A stretch of 63,613 nucleotides of DNA, filler included, from Octopus bimaculoides (Eukaryota): assembly GCF_001194135.2 (NCBI RefSeq). It is 5 parts of 5 records of this genome, joined end to end, with 100 filler letters (N's around TTAATTAATTAA, not from the genome) between each part and the next. Parts side by side here need not be neighbours in the genome. Positions count along the whole stretch, not along the records: positions 1 to 20,238 come from NC_068989.1; positions 20,339 to 52,263 come from NC_069010.1; 3 more parts are not named here. One strand, 5' to 3'. Under the pieces are notes generated by a model that made no database searches, was not told the DNA's origin, and saw only the letters and a list, made by a program, of their open reading frames with translations. Of the stretch, positions 14,896 through 29,994 are shown piece after piece. Each line of letters opens with the position of its first letter. Positions within the stretch are counted from its first letter, which is position 1. A program made the position numbers and the translations under genes.

Positions 14896-15869
14896 GTATG
14901 TATGCATGTATGTATGTATGTATGTATGTATGTATGTGCATACTTACGTATTAAGGTCTAAATTTGCCAGAAGACTCAGTTGGGGTGTACATATCAATAA
15001 TATGCATATTTTTGGAAGCAAAATTAAGTTCTCGGTTCACACAAGCATGTATATAAGTATATTTACTTCATCAATATTCCGCAAAAAAGAATGTATTAAA
15101 TATATATTCGATTCTAAAGCATCATAACTAACGTAATATTATATCCTAAAAATATGAGTGTGTGTTCTTTGTTTAATTTTAGTTGTCATTCTGTTTACCT
15201 TATATACATATATATATGTATACATATATATATATATATATATATAATGCATATACACACATATAAATAAATATACATATACACACAACCAATAACATAT
15301 ACATTAGTAGGTAGAGAAATAGGAGAGACACATGGAGAGGTTTTATTTGGTTGGAAACTTACTATTGTATTGCTGTTGTATTTCTGTGTTAAAACTGTAA
15401 TTTTCAATAATTAATTTTCGATTCAAGAAGGTATAATTACATATTTCAATATTGTATATAATTTATTAGAAAAAGAAGACAAGATACTTGAAGGCAAAAC
15501 GTAGGCAATTATAAAACAAATATAAAAGTTTTAAAGTTATCTTGTCAATGAATTCTGTAGTAACATACTTAATACAGTAAATCAAAATAAAGAATATTTT
15601 AGTAAGTCAAAATTACTTCGCTGGAACATGTCGGTAGTTGTGGTCGTAAGACCAAAGATTAGAGTCTCTCTCCCACTGCATTCGATTTGTAATTACTTAT
15701 TGTTTGATTAAAACTTCCGGTTTGTAACCTGTCTTTCTAGACCAAAGCTGAATTAATCATTAAGGTAATGAATTTTTCTCTTTAGTTAAATTGATTTTAA
15801 TTAATTAATACAATTTTCGCTGACTACATTAAATGTTAGTTTCGACCTATGTGTTTTTCGTTAAAAACA

Positions 15870-17690
15870 CATTCTTCTTTAGTTAGGTGTCGCACTAAGC
15901 GATGCTGTGGTCATCACGATGTCTTGTCACCTTCTCCTGTCCTCTGCCCCATGGATAGCTGAGAATAAAGACAATCCTGTGGCTGCGATGTCTTTCTGCC
16001 AAGAAGAGGGTGGTCTGCCTCTTTTACGTCTGCCGTTCACCTTGCTAGTTATGATCGTTCGCTGAAGTCCATCCCGGCGTATGACGTGGCCAAAGAACCG
16101 TAGCTTCCACTTCATGATGTTTCGCCGAAGCGTCATCTCGCAACCGAGCTTTTCTAGTACCCAGTTGTTCGTCCTTCTCTCCGTCCGCGATACTCTAAGG
16201 ATTCTGAGGAAACACCACATTTCAAAAGCGCTCACTCTTTTCTCGTCTGCCTTCAACATTGTCCACGACTCGCAGCCGTACGTCGCAATAGAGAAAGTGG
16301 CAGCCCGAAGTAGCCTTATCTTCAGCAGCATTGACACGCCGCAACTCTTCCAGATGTTCTCCATATCTTGTACCGGTTGCCTAGCTATCGCGAGCCTTCT
16401 CCGTATCTCTGGTGTACTTGATCCACTGGTCCTAATTGTGGATCCTAAATACACAAAATCATCCACTTCCTGAATCATCTCTCCGTCTACGGTGAAATCA
16501 CCCTGGTCTGTCCTGTACTTATCCACCACTAAGATCTTTGTCTTCTTTACATTCAGAAATAGGTCACTTTGGGCACTCATGTCTTTCACTTTGCGTATCA
16601 TCTGCAGCAATTCGTCCTTGCTGTTACTTATAAGGGTTGTGTCATCGTCGTATCTCAGATTGCACAGCCTTTCTCTGCCAATCTGCACACCACCATAGTA
16701 GTTCTCCTTCACCGCTCTTATGATGTTTTCTGCATAGATGTTGTGCAGATATGGAGGCAGAACACATCCCTGTCGGACACCCCTCTCAATGCCGAACCAC
16801 TCAGTGTCACCGACGGACGTCCTGACAGATGACTGTTGATCTTGATATAGTCGCGCCAACAGTGCGACTCAGTGTTCAGGAAATCCCATGTCCTTCATGA
16901 CGACCAACAGCTTGCTGTGTCTCACACAGTCGAAGGCCTTAGAGTAGTCGATGAAACACACGTAACGTGGAATGTTACATTCCTTAAACTTCTCGATCAT
17001 CATCCTGATGTTGACTATCTGTTCCTTTGTTCCCCTGCCCTTCACGAAGCCGGCTTGTTCCTCAGCGAATGGAGAGAACTTGACAAGCAGTACAACAAAC
17101 AGGCACTAGATGACAAGAGGAACTATCTGGACCAGACATGTCTGGAGGCGGAAGATGCGTCACAGAAAGGTGACATCAAGTCTGTTTTTCGTTTGGTGAA
17201 GGAATTGAGTAGAAAGAGGAAGTGGACTCCACGTAGTGACGTCATCAATGGTAAAGAAGGTAACATCCTGACAGAGGAAGAGGACATCAAAGCTAGGTGG
17301 AGGGAATACAGCACCGATTTGTACAGAAGGAGGCAGGAAGATCTCCCCGCTGCACTCGCTGTAGCCGAATACAGAGAACCGGAGGCGGCGCTGTACCATA
17401 CCAAGAACAGGAAGAGCCCTGGTATGGATGAACTTCCCATCGAGGTATGGAAGGCGACGGGAGATATTGGGATAGAACTGTTGTGGAGACTGTGTCAAGA
17501 TCTGGAACGACGTGGAGTGGCCGATCGACTGGTGTCGTGCAGTCTTCGTACCAATACCAAAGAAAGGCAACCCACGCGAGTGCTCTAACCACCAAACCAT
17601 CAGTCTTATTGTCCACGTAAGCAAGATCCTGCTGCGAATCATTGTAGAGAGACTGCAGCGGAAATATAGCAGTGTCATCGCTGAAAAACA
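15870..17690 (-). mobile_element. RTE-clade LINE, 5'-truncated with inverted 5' segment; RT domain with in-frame stop
   Basis: Minus strand 17070 to 15927: AEEQAGFVKGRGTKEQI, VCFIDYSKAFD, GVRQGCVLPP, LRYDDD, YLGS, LRFFGHV. Plus strand 17071-17690 encodes the preceding ORF2 part (KSPGMDELPIE, VFVPIPKKGNPRECSNHQTISLI). TGA at 16869-16871. Confidence 0.92.
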
Positions 17691-19503
17691 AAAATACATA
17701 TTTAGGGGAATTCTCACCGCTAACCGTCTTCTTTACCGTGACTAGTAGCTATAGCTGACTTGCACAATATTCTGTAGCCTTAGCTAACTTCTAAACCAGT
17801 CCACAGTCATTGTTGACATCTAATATATATTTTTTTTCAAATTTTAGCACAAGGTCAGCAATTTCGGGGAAGGGGAAGGTCGATTGCGTTGACCCCCCAG
17901 TGCATAACTGGTTCTTATTTTATCGACCCCGAAAGGATGAAAGGCAAAGTGGACCTCGGCGGAATTTGAACTCAGAACATACAGATGGACGAATTGCCGT
18001 TAAAGACTTTGCCCGGCATGCTAGCATTTCTGCCAGCTGCACAGCTTCAACTTTTACAACATCATTTTAAACCAGAGCATAGCATGATATCATCAGGCTC
18101 CCAAAATATTTCACGGTCCTAGCTGACTTCCAGGACTTCAGACGATGTTAGCTGACTTCTAGAACAATTCCACTGTATTTCCAACGTCACAACTTTAACT
18201 GTTATAAAAAGGCGGGCTGGCAGAATTGTTGCCACGCCGAGCAAAAATGATTAGCGATATTTCTTCGACACTTATTCTGCCGCGGTCGACTTTGCCTTTC
18301 ATCCTTTCGGGGTCGATGAATTAAGTACCAGTGAGATAATGGGGTCGATGTCATCGACTAGTTCCCGCCCTACAAATTTCAGTCCTTGTGCTTTAGTAGA
18401 AAGGATATTTCTTCGGTACATTGCATTCTGAGTTCAAATTCCGCCGAGGTCAACTTTACTTTTTTTTCATCCCCCAGAGATCGAAGTACCATTCAAGTAC
18501 TGAGCTTGATATAATTTACTTGGCCCTCCCATTGCTTTGTGCCAAAATTATTTTTAAAAACTTAAGAAATAAAAGAAAGTCAACGTTAATGGTGAGAAAA
18601 GAATGCAAAGAAAAATAGTTAAACGAAAAGAAATATGATGAATAAAATAATGTAGAGTTAGAAGCCAGATGGAGGCAGAAACTTGAAAAAATAAATAAGT
18701 AGGGTTACGTTCTATGTATACCACACGCACTTTCTTGCTATATAACAGGAATAATATTCGACTCGATATGAAATGAATAATTAATTTTTGTCTGAGCGAG
18801 TCGCTAGTTNNNNNNNNNNNNNNNNNNNNNNNNNNNNNNNNNNNNNNNNNNNNNNNNNNNNNNNNNNNNNNNNNNNNNGTTGTATATATATATATACGGG
18901 CTTCGTATATTTTACCCCAGTGTCACTTTGATGGCATGCACTGCTCTCTCACTCAATAATAATAATAATAATAATAATAATAATCTTCTCTACTATAGGC
19001 ACAAGGCCTGAATTTTCGGGGAAGGGAGACAGTCGATTATACAACGACCCCAGTACTCAACTGGTACTTAATTTATCAGCCCCCGAAAGGATGAAAGGCA
19101 AAGTCGACCTCGGCAGAATTTGAACTCAGAACATAGCGACGGGCGAAATACTGTTAAGCATTTCGCCCGGTGTGCTAATGATTCTGCCAGCTCACCGCCT
19201 TAATAAATAATAATTATAATCCTTTCTACTATAGGCACAGGTCTGAAATTTTGTGGTAGGAGACTAGTCGGTCATATCGGCCCCAGTGTTTCACTGGTAC
19301 TTAATTTATCGACCCCGAAAAATGGAAGGCAAAGTCGACCTCGGTAAGCAAAATTTGAACTCAGAACGTAGCGCAAGACGAAATATCGCGCAGCATTTCT
19401 CCCGGCGTGCTGACGATCCTGCCAGCTAGCCGTCTTAATACTAGCAACAACAACAATAACAACAACAACAACAACAATAATAATGATAATAACAATAATA
19501 GTA

Positions 19504-19559
<56 letters not shown>

Positions 19560-20238
19560 AATAATAATAATAATAATATTAGTAGTAGTAGTAGTAGTAA
19601 TATTAAAACTTGTAGTAAAAATATAATTTTCGCAAAAGTAATAAGAAAATATTTTGGTTCTATTTCACTAAATAATTTTTGATAAAAATAAAAAAGGAAA
19701 TTTCTCGTTTAAGTAATTTCAGCAGAGATTTTTTCTTGCTTAATTAATAATCAAGCAAGGAAATAAAACTAGAAAAGAAAAACTAGTGGTTTATAATTTA
19801 TTAACGGTTCTATATGTTAGCTGGGTGGATAGACAGGTAATGATGCATACGAATTATAAAATGTGCATAATTATCATATACTGTAAAAATAAATAAAACA
19901 GCATTTTAACCATTTCTAATACAACTTCCCATTTTAGTTTAATATAACTGGCATATCTTGTTAACATTCGATAAAGAAGAGCTGCCTGAAGAATGGTAAT
20001 TGGCAAGGTTGTTAAAAATACAATACACTTGGCACTGAAGAGTTAGTTTTCGGTCAGTAGATAACGATCATAACATAACTGATTAATTACAGCTGTTGAT
20101 ACGATATGTTGAAAATTAGAAAGATAATATACAGAAAAAATAATTGCCTATCAGTTTTTTTTATTATTATTTCTTTTAGTTATTTCAGTCATTAGACTGC
20201 GGCCACGCTGAGACACTGCCTTGAAGAGTTTATATATA

Positions 20239-20338
20239 NNNNNNNNNNNNNNNNNNNNNNNNNNNNNNNNNNNNNNNNNNNNTTAATTAATTAANNNNNN
20301 NNNNNNNNNNNNNNNNNNNNNNNNNNNNNNNNNNNNNN
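20239..20338. other. Artificial scaffold linker N44-TTAATTAATTAA-N44 (also 52264-52363, 55204-55303, 62508-62607)
   Basis: Identical 100-bp construct four times; the 12-mer gives stops in all six frames. Confidence 0.9.
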
Positions 20339-21727
20339 ATTTTTTAACCCTTTCGTTACTATATTTCTGACCAAAATACACCCCTCATGAGTTTCAGTTA
20401 GATTCTAAAATAATCATGAATTTAGACTAGTCTCATTAAACACCTGTAACTTTTTTATTTATCAACATCATCATCATCATCATCATCGTTTAACGTCCGC
20501 TTTCCATGCTAGCATGGGTTGGACGATTTGACTGAGGACTGGTGAAACCGGATGGCAACACCAGGCTCCAGTCTGATTTGGCAGAGTTTCTACAGCTGGA
20601 TGCCCTTCCTAACGCCAACCACTCCGAGAGTGTAGTGGGTGCTTTTACATGCCACCGGCACGAAGGCCAGTCAGGCAGTACTGGCAACGGCCACCCTCGA
20701 AATGGTGTATTCTATGTGCCACCTGCACAGGAGCCAGTTCAGCGGTACTGGCAATGAACTCGCTCGAATGTCTTTTCACATGCCAGGAAGGCGACGTGTT
20801 CTACTGGTACTTAATTTATTGACTCTGAAAGGATTAAAGATAAAGTCGACCTCGGCGGAATTTGAACTCAGAACGTAATGACAGATGAAACACCGCTAAG
20901 CATTTTGTCCAGCATGCTACCTTAGTAACAACAACAACAATAATAATATGCATTCAAATTTGGGCATAAAGCCAGCAATTTTAGGGGTAGGGTTAAGTCA
21001 TTTACATCAACTCGCAGTTTGAGTACATATTTTATTGACCCAAATAGGATTACAGGCAAAGCCGACCGTGGCAGAATTTGAACTCAGAATGTAAGGACAG
21101 ACGAAATGCCATTAAGCATTTTGCTCTGTGTGCTAACGATTCTGTCAGCTTTCCACCCTAATGATGATAATAATAATAATTATAATAATAATGATTTCAA
21201 ATTGTTGCCACAAAGGCAGTTCAGGGGAGAGGATTAAGTTGATTACCTGGAACCCAGTATGTAACTGGTACTTATTTAATCAGTCTTGAAAGGATGAAAG
21301 GCAAACTCAGAACGTAGCGGCAGATGAAATACCGCTAAGTATTTCGCCCAATTCTTCCTGCTCGCCACCATAATAATAATAATAATGCATTCAAATTTTG
21401 GCACAAGTCAACCTCGGCAGAATTTAAACTCAGAATCTACAGGAAGAGTAAATGCACTAGGCATTTTGCCCAACATCCTAACAATTCTGCCAGCTCACTG
21501 TCTTAATAATAATAATCCTTTCTACTATAAGCACAAGGCCTTTAATTCTTGTGGGAGGGGGACTAGTCAATTACATTGACCCCAATGCTCAACTGGTACT
21601 TATTTCATCAACCTCAGATGGATGAAAGGCAAAATCGACCTCAGTGGAATTTGAACTCAGAACATAAAAATGGGCAAAATGCCACTTAGCATTTTGTCCA
21701 GTGTGTTAACGATTCTGCCAGCTCGCC

Positions 21728-21761
<34 letters not shown>

Positions 21762-22623
21762 TGATGATAATAATAATAATTGTGCATTTGAAATTTGGTA
21801 GAAGGCCAGCAATTTCTGTGGGGGCAGGGGTTAAGTTGATTACACCGACTGGTACTTATTTTATTGACCTGGAAAGGATTACAGGCAAAGTTGACCTCAG
21901 CGGGATTTGAACTCAGAGCATAAAGACAGACAAAATGCTGCTAAGTGTTTTGCCCGGTGTGCTAATGTTTCCGCCAGCTCACTGTTTTGATCTTCCTCAT
22001 CAAAGTTGGTTTTTAGGTGTGTTTTTAATTTTCATGCTTTTAAATATGTGAACAAGAGAGACCAATGTAAAGTTGGATAAATTGACTGAAGGTGAGGATT
22101 ATTTTTTTATCCATTAATTTGGCCAATGCCAGTGCTGTCTGATTGGCATCCATGCCAGTGGCATGTAGAAAGCACCATTTGGGCATTGGACCTCACGGAG
22201 GCAGTGGCACGTGACCAAGACCTTGTGCGATATACCATGCTTGTGTAGACCTGTCAAGCCAAGTGAGACTGTAGTCGTGACTGATGCTGGTGTCAGGTCA
22301 ATGACACCCATGCCAGTGGCACGTAAAAAACACTACATTCTTGGAGTGGTTGGCATTAGAAAGGGCATTCACCTTGCCAAATTCAGATCGGAACATGGTG
22401 CAGATCTCCTGGCTTAGCAGTTTTCCATCAAATTGTCCAACCCATACCAGCATGGAAAGCGGATATTAAACCTTGATGATGGTGATGATGGATTTCTTTA
22501 AAAGAAACTTGATTAAACTGACAAAGCCATGACTTGAAAACGACACAAGTTGAAGTATGCCTGTGTTAGTGTGCATGTGTGAGTGTGTGTGTGTATGTAT
22601 ATATGTATGTGTGTGTTTTGTGA

Positions 22624-22821
<198 letters not shown>

Positions 22822-22933
22822 TAACCTCTACGGAGCAATGTGCTTATACCTATCTACCTACTTATATTCATACATACATATATGTTTGTTTGTTTTTTGT
22901 TCAGTTATAATGGCAATCCACAGGCTTTGTTAA

Positions 22934-23405
22934 CCCTTTCGTTACCGTATTTCTTTTGAGAATCTCTGTTTCTTTCAATTAATTTTAGATTAAATATAAA
23001 AAAGAATTTAGTAAAATAACTTAGTTATCATTACGCTTGTGTTAGGAACATAAATTGGGACTAAGTTTTGGTGGAAGATTTTAATTCAAATCTTATGAAA
23101 ACAAGACATTTGTACTACAGAGCCAGAGCCGGTTTCAGCCGGGTTGGTATAAAAAGGGTTAAAAATATCATGGTGACTTTAACCCTTTTATTACCATATT
23201 TCTGCTGAGATGCTCTGTGTGTCTTTCACTTAATTTTAAATATAACAAAGAATTTAGTAAAATAACTTAGTTATCATTCAGCTAGTGTTAGGAGCATAAA
23301 TTGTGACTAAGGTTTGTTGGAAGATTTTAATTCAAATCTTATGAAAACAACACGTTTACACTACAGAGCCAGAGGCAGTTTCGGCGGGGTTGATATCAAA
23401 ATGGT
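22934..23405. mobile_element. Two adjacent piggyBac-type MITE copies
   Basis: Copy 1 22934-23158 has TTAA|CCCTTT ... AAAGGG|TTAA; copy 2 starts after TTAA at 23179-23182 with the same internal sequence and a decayed right end. Confidence 0.8.
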
Positions 23406-23540
23406 TTATATTGGGTTCAAGTTTGGTATGAGGCCAAGTTCAGGGGTCGGTGGGGTATAAGTTGTTTGCATGCTAGCATGGAAAGCAGATGTTAAACGAT
23501 GATGATGATACACACACACACACATACACACATATATATG

Positions 23541-23578
<38 letters not shown>

Positions 23579-23594
23579 TATATATACATACACA

Positions 23595-23795
23595 CAAGGG
23601 AGTGCTGAAAAGTTCCTGACTTTGGCTAAAAGCAAATACAGGAGGATCAGTTGATTATGACTTTATTCAACATATTCCCCTTATTACATTGGTTCTTCAG
23701 TTTTTCTAAGCCCTTTAAAAGAACTCACAAGGTTGAGTCTCCAACCAGGTCTTTCGCAATACCCTTAAAGCCAGGAACTTTTTAGCAACCCCTTG
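23595..23795. mobile_element. Mariner-type MITE (201 bp)
   Basis: About 29-bp TIRs CAAGGGAGTGCTGAAAAGTTCCTGACTTT / AAAGCCAGGAACTTTTTAGCAACCCCTTG; TA on the right flank. Confidence 0.75.
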
Positions 23796-24366
23796 TATAG
23801 CTCTATGTTTGTTGTATATATATCAGATAATTGCAGCTGTTGTGTATAGTCAGTGGTAGTAGCAGGTACGTGCTGTCAGTAATTACTCAGGGTAGGCAGT
23901 TGGTAACTTTTATGTAATAAAACACACAAAAACATAAGCGAAACACAGATATGTGACCGAGTTGAAGGCAGAATTACTTCTGCCTTTGTAGCACATACAG
24001 AAAACATTGTTGTAGGAATGTACGCAGCACATGTACCACAGCAGTACTATGCGTAGCTTTAATACTGAGATTGAAAGGCAGGGACGAATTACGCCTACCT
24101 AATCTATAAGAAAAATAAAATATTTTGCATCTTATGCATAGTAATGAGAGTAACCTTCATAATTTTATTGAATTAGGTGCATATTTTACCATGAAAGGAA
24201 AATGTTGCTATCGATCTATTTTATTCAAGGTAGGCACTGCCTACCTTGCCTACCTAGATGGCACGTCCCTGTGTTGTAGTTGTTTGTACTGGAGTAGCAG
24301 TGTTTGCTTGTTATATGTTATATGCTTGTTATATTCCATCTTCTGTCTTTCATTTTGCATATATAT

Positions 24367-24612
24367 AATTGCAGCATGGAAGGTGTTTATAAGCCATTTA
24401 AAATAACACACAAAAGCCGTCAGATTCACTTCAACATTTAAATTTAATTTGTCAAAATATTTTCGTCGCTTTGAGACCGCAACCTGTTCACTGACAAAAT
24501 TGTCTCAAAGCGACAAAAATATTTGGACAAATTAAATTTAAATGTTGAAGTGAATCTGACGGCTTTTGTGTGTTATTTTAAATGGCTTATAAACACCTTC
24601 CACGCTGCAATT
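24367..24612. mobile_element. Foldback palindrome / MITE-like element: 111-bp arms, 24-nt spacer
   Basis: 24367-24477 is the reverse complement of 24502-24612 with about 3 mismatches. Confidence 0.85.
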
Positions 24613-24763
24613 GTTTTCGTTCCAGCACATGATCTCAGATCAGGTCACTTGCTATGCAAGTACATCTCCGTAATATATATAGATATAGATATATATATGT
24701 ATAATATGTATATCTGATAGTTGTTGTTATATACATTACTGATTGCTGTTGTTGTCGTTGTAA

Positions 24764-25834
<1,071 letters not shown>

Positions 25835-25851
25835 TAATCCCTTTTTTGTTT

Positions 25852-26805
25852 TAACTCTTTCGCATTCAGATTAATCTGTCAAATGGTATTATGTATTCAC
25901 ATTGTTTGGAATTAATTAAGCATTAAGTGAAGCATGTCTGCGTGGTAAGAAGCTTGCTTACCAACCACATGGTCCCGGGTTCAATTCCACTGCATGATAC
26001 CTTGGGCAAGTGTCTTCTACTATAGTTTTTCGGGCTGACCAAAGCCTTGGATTTGGTAGATGGAAACTGAAAGAAGCCGATCTCACACACACACACACAC
26101 ACACATATATGTATAGATCTGTGTATGTGTGTTTGTCGCCCTGTCACCATTTAACAATCAATGTCGGTGTGTTTACATCACCATACCAGGCTTAAGAAAT
26201 AACTCCTGGGGCTGGGTTTTTTTTTACTAAAGCCCTCCAAGGTGGTGTTCCAGCATGGCCACAGTCAGTTGACTGAAGCAAGTAAAAGAATAAAAGAATA
26301 GCTTGTCACTTCAAGATTACTCTTAGAATGACATTGTAAGGTAGGTGTGAGAGGCTGGATATGGCCAGATTAAATGCAAACAGATTACTCTGTCAAATGT
26401 AATGCTTCTTCACACTGTTTTGAATGAATCATGCATTGTGTTGAATTTTGAAGGTATCGATGATGTGATTAGTTTTAGTAAGGCATTGTAGGGTAGGTGT
26501 GAGAGGCTGGATTTTAGTCCGTTTGAACCTAAGACAATATTTGGGCTGCATATGGCTGGTTTCATCCCTTTGCATTCAGATTCTCCATCAAATGTAAAGC
26601 TTATTTATCCACATTAATCCTGCGTTATCTCATAGCTTCGAGATTTCAATGATGTGAGTGTTTATTTTTAGAATGACATTGTAGGGTAGGTGTGAGAGGC
26701 TGGATCTGGTCTTGTTTTGAATGAATCATGCATTATCTCATAGCTTTGAGATTTCAAAGATGTGATTGTTTATTTTTAGAATGACATTGTAGGGTAGGTG
26801 TGAGA
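25852..26805. mobile_element. piggyBac-like non-autonomous element with tandemly repeated internal segment, interrupted by a SINE
   Basis: Starts TTAA-CTCTTTCGCATTCAGATT; motif (aatg)acattgtagggtaggtgtgagaggctggat recurs at about 26326, 26484, 26670, 26780; runs into gap. Confidence 0.5.
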
Positions 26806-27862
26806 GNNNNNNNNNNNNNNNNNNNNNNNNNNNNNNNNNNNNNNNNNNNNNNNNNNNNNNNNNNNNNNNNNNNNNNNNNNNNNNNNNNNNNNNNNNNNNN
26901 NNNNNNNNNNNNNNNNNNNNNNNNNNNNNNNNNNNNNNNNNNNNNNNNNNNNNNNNNNNNNNNNNNNNNNNNNNNNNNNNNNNNNNNNNNNNNNNNNNNN
27001 NNNNNNNNNNNNNNNNNNNNNNNNNNNNNNNNNNNNNNNNNNNNNNNNNNNNNNNNNNNNNNNNNNNNNNNNNNNNNNNNNNNNNNNNNNNNNNNNNNNN
27101 NNNNNNNNNNNNNNNNNNNNNNNNNNNNNNNNNNNNNNNNNNNNNNNNNNNNNNNNNNNNNNNNNNNNNNNNNNNNNNNNNNNNNNNNNNNNNNNNNNNN
27201 NNNNNNNNNNNNNNNNNNNNNNNNNNNNNNNNNNNNNNNNNNNNNNNNNNNNNNNNNNNNNNNNNNNNNNNNNNNNNNNNNNNNNNNNNNNNNNNNNNNN
27301 NNNNNNNNNNNNGATCGCGGTTTCGATTCCCAGACCGGGCCTTGTGAGTGTTTATTGAGCGAAAACACCTAAAGCGAACCCTGCTGTACTCTTTCACCAC
27401 AACTTTCTCTCACTCTTTCTTCCTGTTTCTGTTGTGCCTGTAATTCAAAGGGTCAGCCTTGTCACACTCTGCGTCACGCTGAATACCCCCGAGAACTACG
27501 CTAAGGGTACACGTGTCTGTGGAGTGCTCAGCCACTTGCACATTAATTTCACGAGCAGGCTGTTCCGTCGATCGGATCAACTGGAACCCTCGTCGTCGTA
27601 AGCGAGAGAGTGCCAAAACAACAACAATTCCTGGATCTGTACATAGAAACAAGACTGGATAAGAACTAGTCATCTTTACGCTGTAAATATCCACAATATT
27701 TCCATCTATACAATGTTTCAACCAGTTTGATCTGTGATAGTCATCAGGTGTCTTATTCCTGGATTTGTACATAATTCCAGGTTGGATTATAATACGAAAC
27801 CAAACTATTTTCAGAATTCAAAAGTTCGACGTAAATTTAACAATATAAGGGATCCATTTTAA

Positions 27863-28666
<804 letters not shown>

Positions 28667-28978
28667 NNNNNNNNNNNNNNNNNNNNNNNNNNNNNNNNNN
28701 NNNNNNNNNNNNNNNNNNNNNNNNNNNNNNNNNNNNNNNNNNNNNNNNNNNNNNNNNNNNNNNNNNNNNNNNNNNNNNNNNNNNNNNNNNNNNNNNNNNN
28801 NNNNNNNNNNNNNNNNNNNNNNNNNNNNNNNNNNNNNNNNNNNNNNNNNNNNNNNNNNNNNNNNNNNNNNNNNNNNNNNNNNNNNNNNNNNNNNNNNNNN
28901 NNNNNNNNNNNNNNNNNNNNNNNNNNNNNNNNNNNNNNNNNNNNNNNNNNNNNNNNNNNNNNNNNNNNNNNNNNNNNN

Positions 28979-29051
28979 TCGTTCCCTTCCTGTTGAGGAA
29001 CAACCCAAACAGATTATTGTCACCCGTAAAGGAATGTTGGATCCCCTTGAG
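28979..29051 (+). CDS. PRPF8: PRPF8 exon, 3' part only ([24 protein letters not shown]); the 5' part (expected LAKWKTAEEVAALI) lies in the N gap
   Basis: Frame from 28980 matches Prp8; donor gtcagt at 29052; expected exon start about 28938 is inside gap 28667-28978. Confidence 0.95.
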
Positions 29052-29994
29052 GTCAGTGCTCTTTGCTCATTATCCTCTCTCTCTCTCTCTCATTTCCTCT
29101 CTATTTCATTTCATGTCTCTTCTCTCTCTCTCTCTCTCTGTTTCACCCCCTTCTCTCTCTCATTCCCTCTCTATTTCATTTCATGTCTCTTCTCTCTCTC
29201 TCTCCTCTATTTCATTCTATGTCTCTTTTTTTTCTCTCTCTCTCACTCCCTCCTCTATATTTCATTCCATGTCTCTCTTCTCTGTCTGTTTCACCCACCT
29301 CTTCTTTCTTCCTCCGTCTCTCTCTCTCCCCTCTCCTCCCTTTCTCACACTTCTCCTCTTTCTGACTCATCCCTCCTTCCTTCTCTTCTGCTTTCTGTTT
29401 TCCTTTATGGCTCATACTTTCTTTCCCTAGGTCTGTCTCTCTTTCCTGAGTCTGTCTCTCTGTTTCAATCCCCTCTTTCTCTTCTTTGTTTCTTTACCTT
29501 CTCTATCTCTCTCTATTTCCCTCTCTCTCTCCCCCCTCTCCCCCCTCTCTCTCATCATTTACACAATAGCTCCATCATTAACCTTATATTGCTGATTATC
29601 TTTCAGAAGGGAACAACACATCCACTCACGCACCCATTCAATCAGTCACTCTCGACACTCACATACAATGACAATCTCAAACATATCCACTCACCCTCCC
29701 ATTCACTCAATCTCACTCAGACATTGACATTCTCAAACATATCTACTCACCTATCCACCCATTCACTCAGTCACACTCAACGCTCACTCAGACATTTACA
29801 TACATTGCCATTCTCAAACATATCTATTCACGCACCCATTCATTCAGTCTCACTCGACACTCACACTCATTACATTGACATTCACTCACACAAACACACG
29901 TCCACTCACTACCACATTTGACACCCACTCTCATACATAAATATGTAACAACTTCAAGAAATCATCCATCATATACTTCATGCTACCCTATTAT

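Noticed and set aside
24079-24271. Possible hAT MITE with CAGGGACG/CGTCCCTG ends
   Set aside because: Only an 8-bp TIR and no target duplication; not enough support.
25837-25837. ORF-track extensions of PRPF8 exons past donors (e.g. ...[11 protein letters not shown]) read as alternative C-termini
   Set aside because: Read-through into introns; canonical donors give exact continuity with the next exon.
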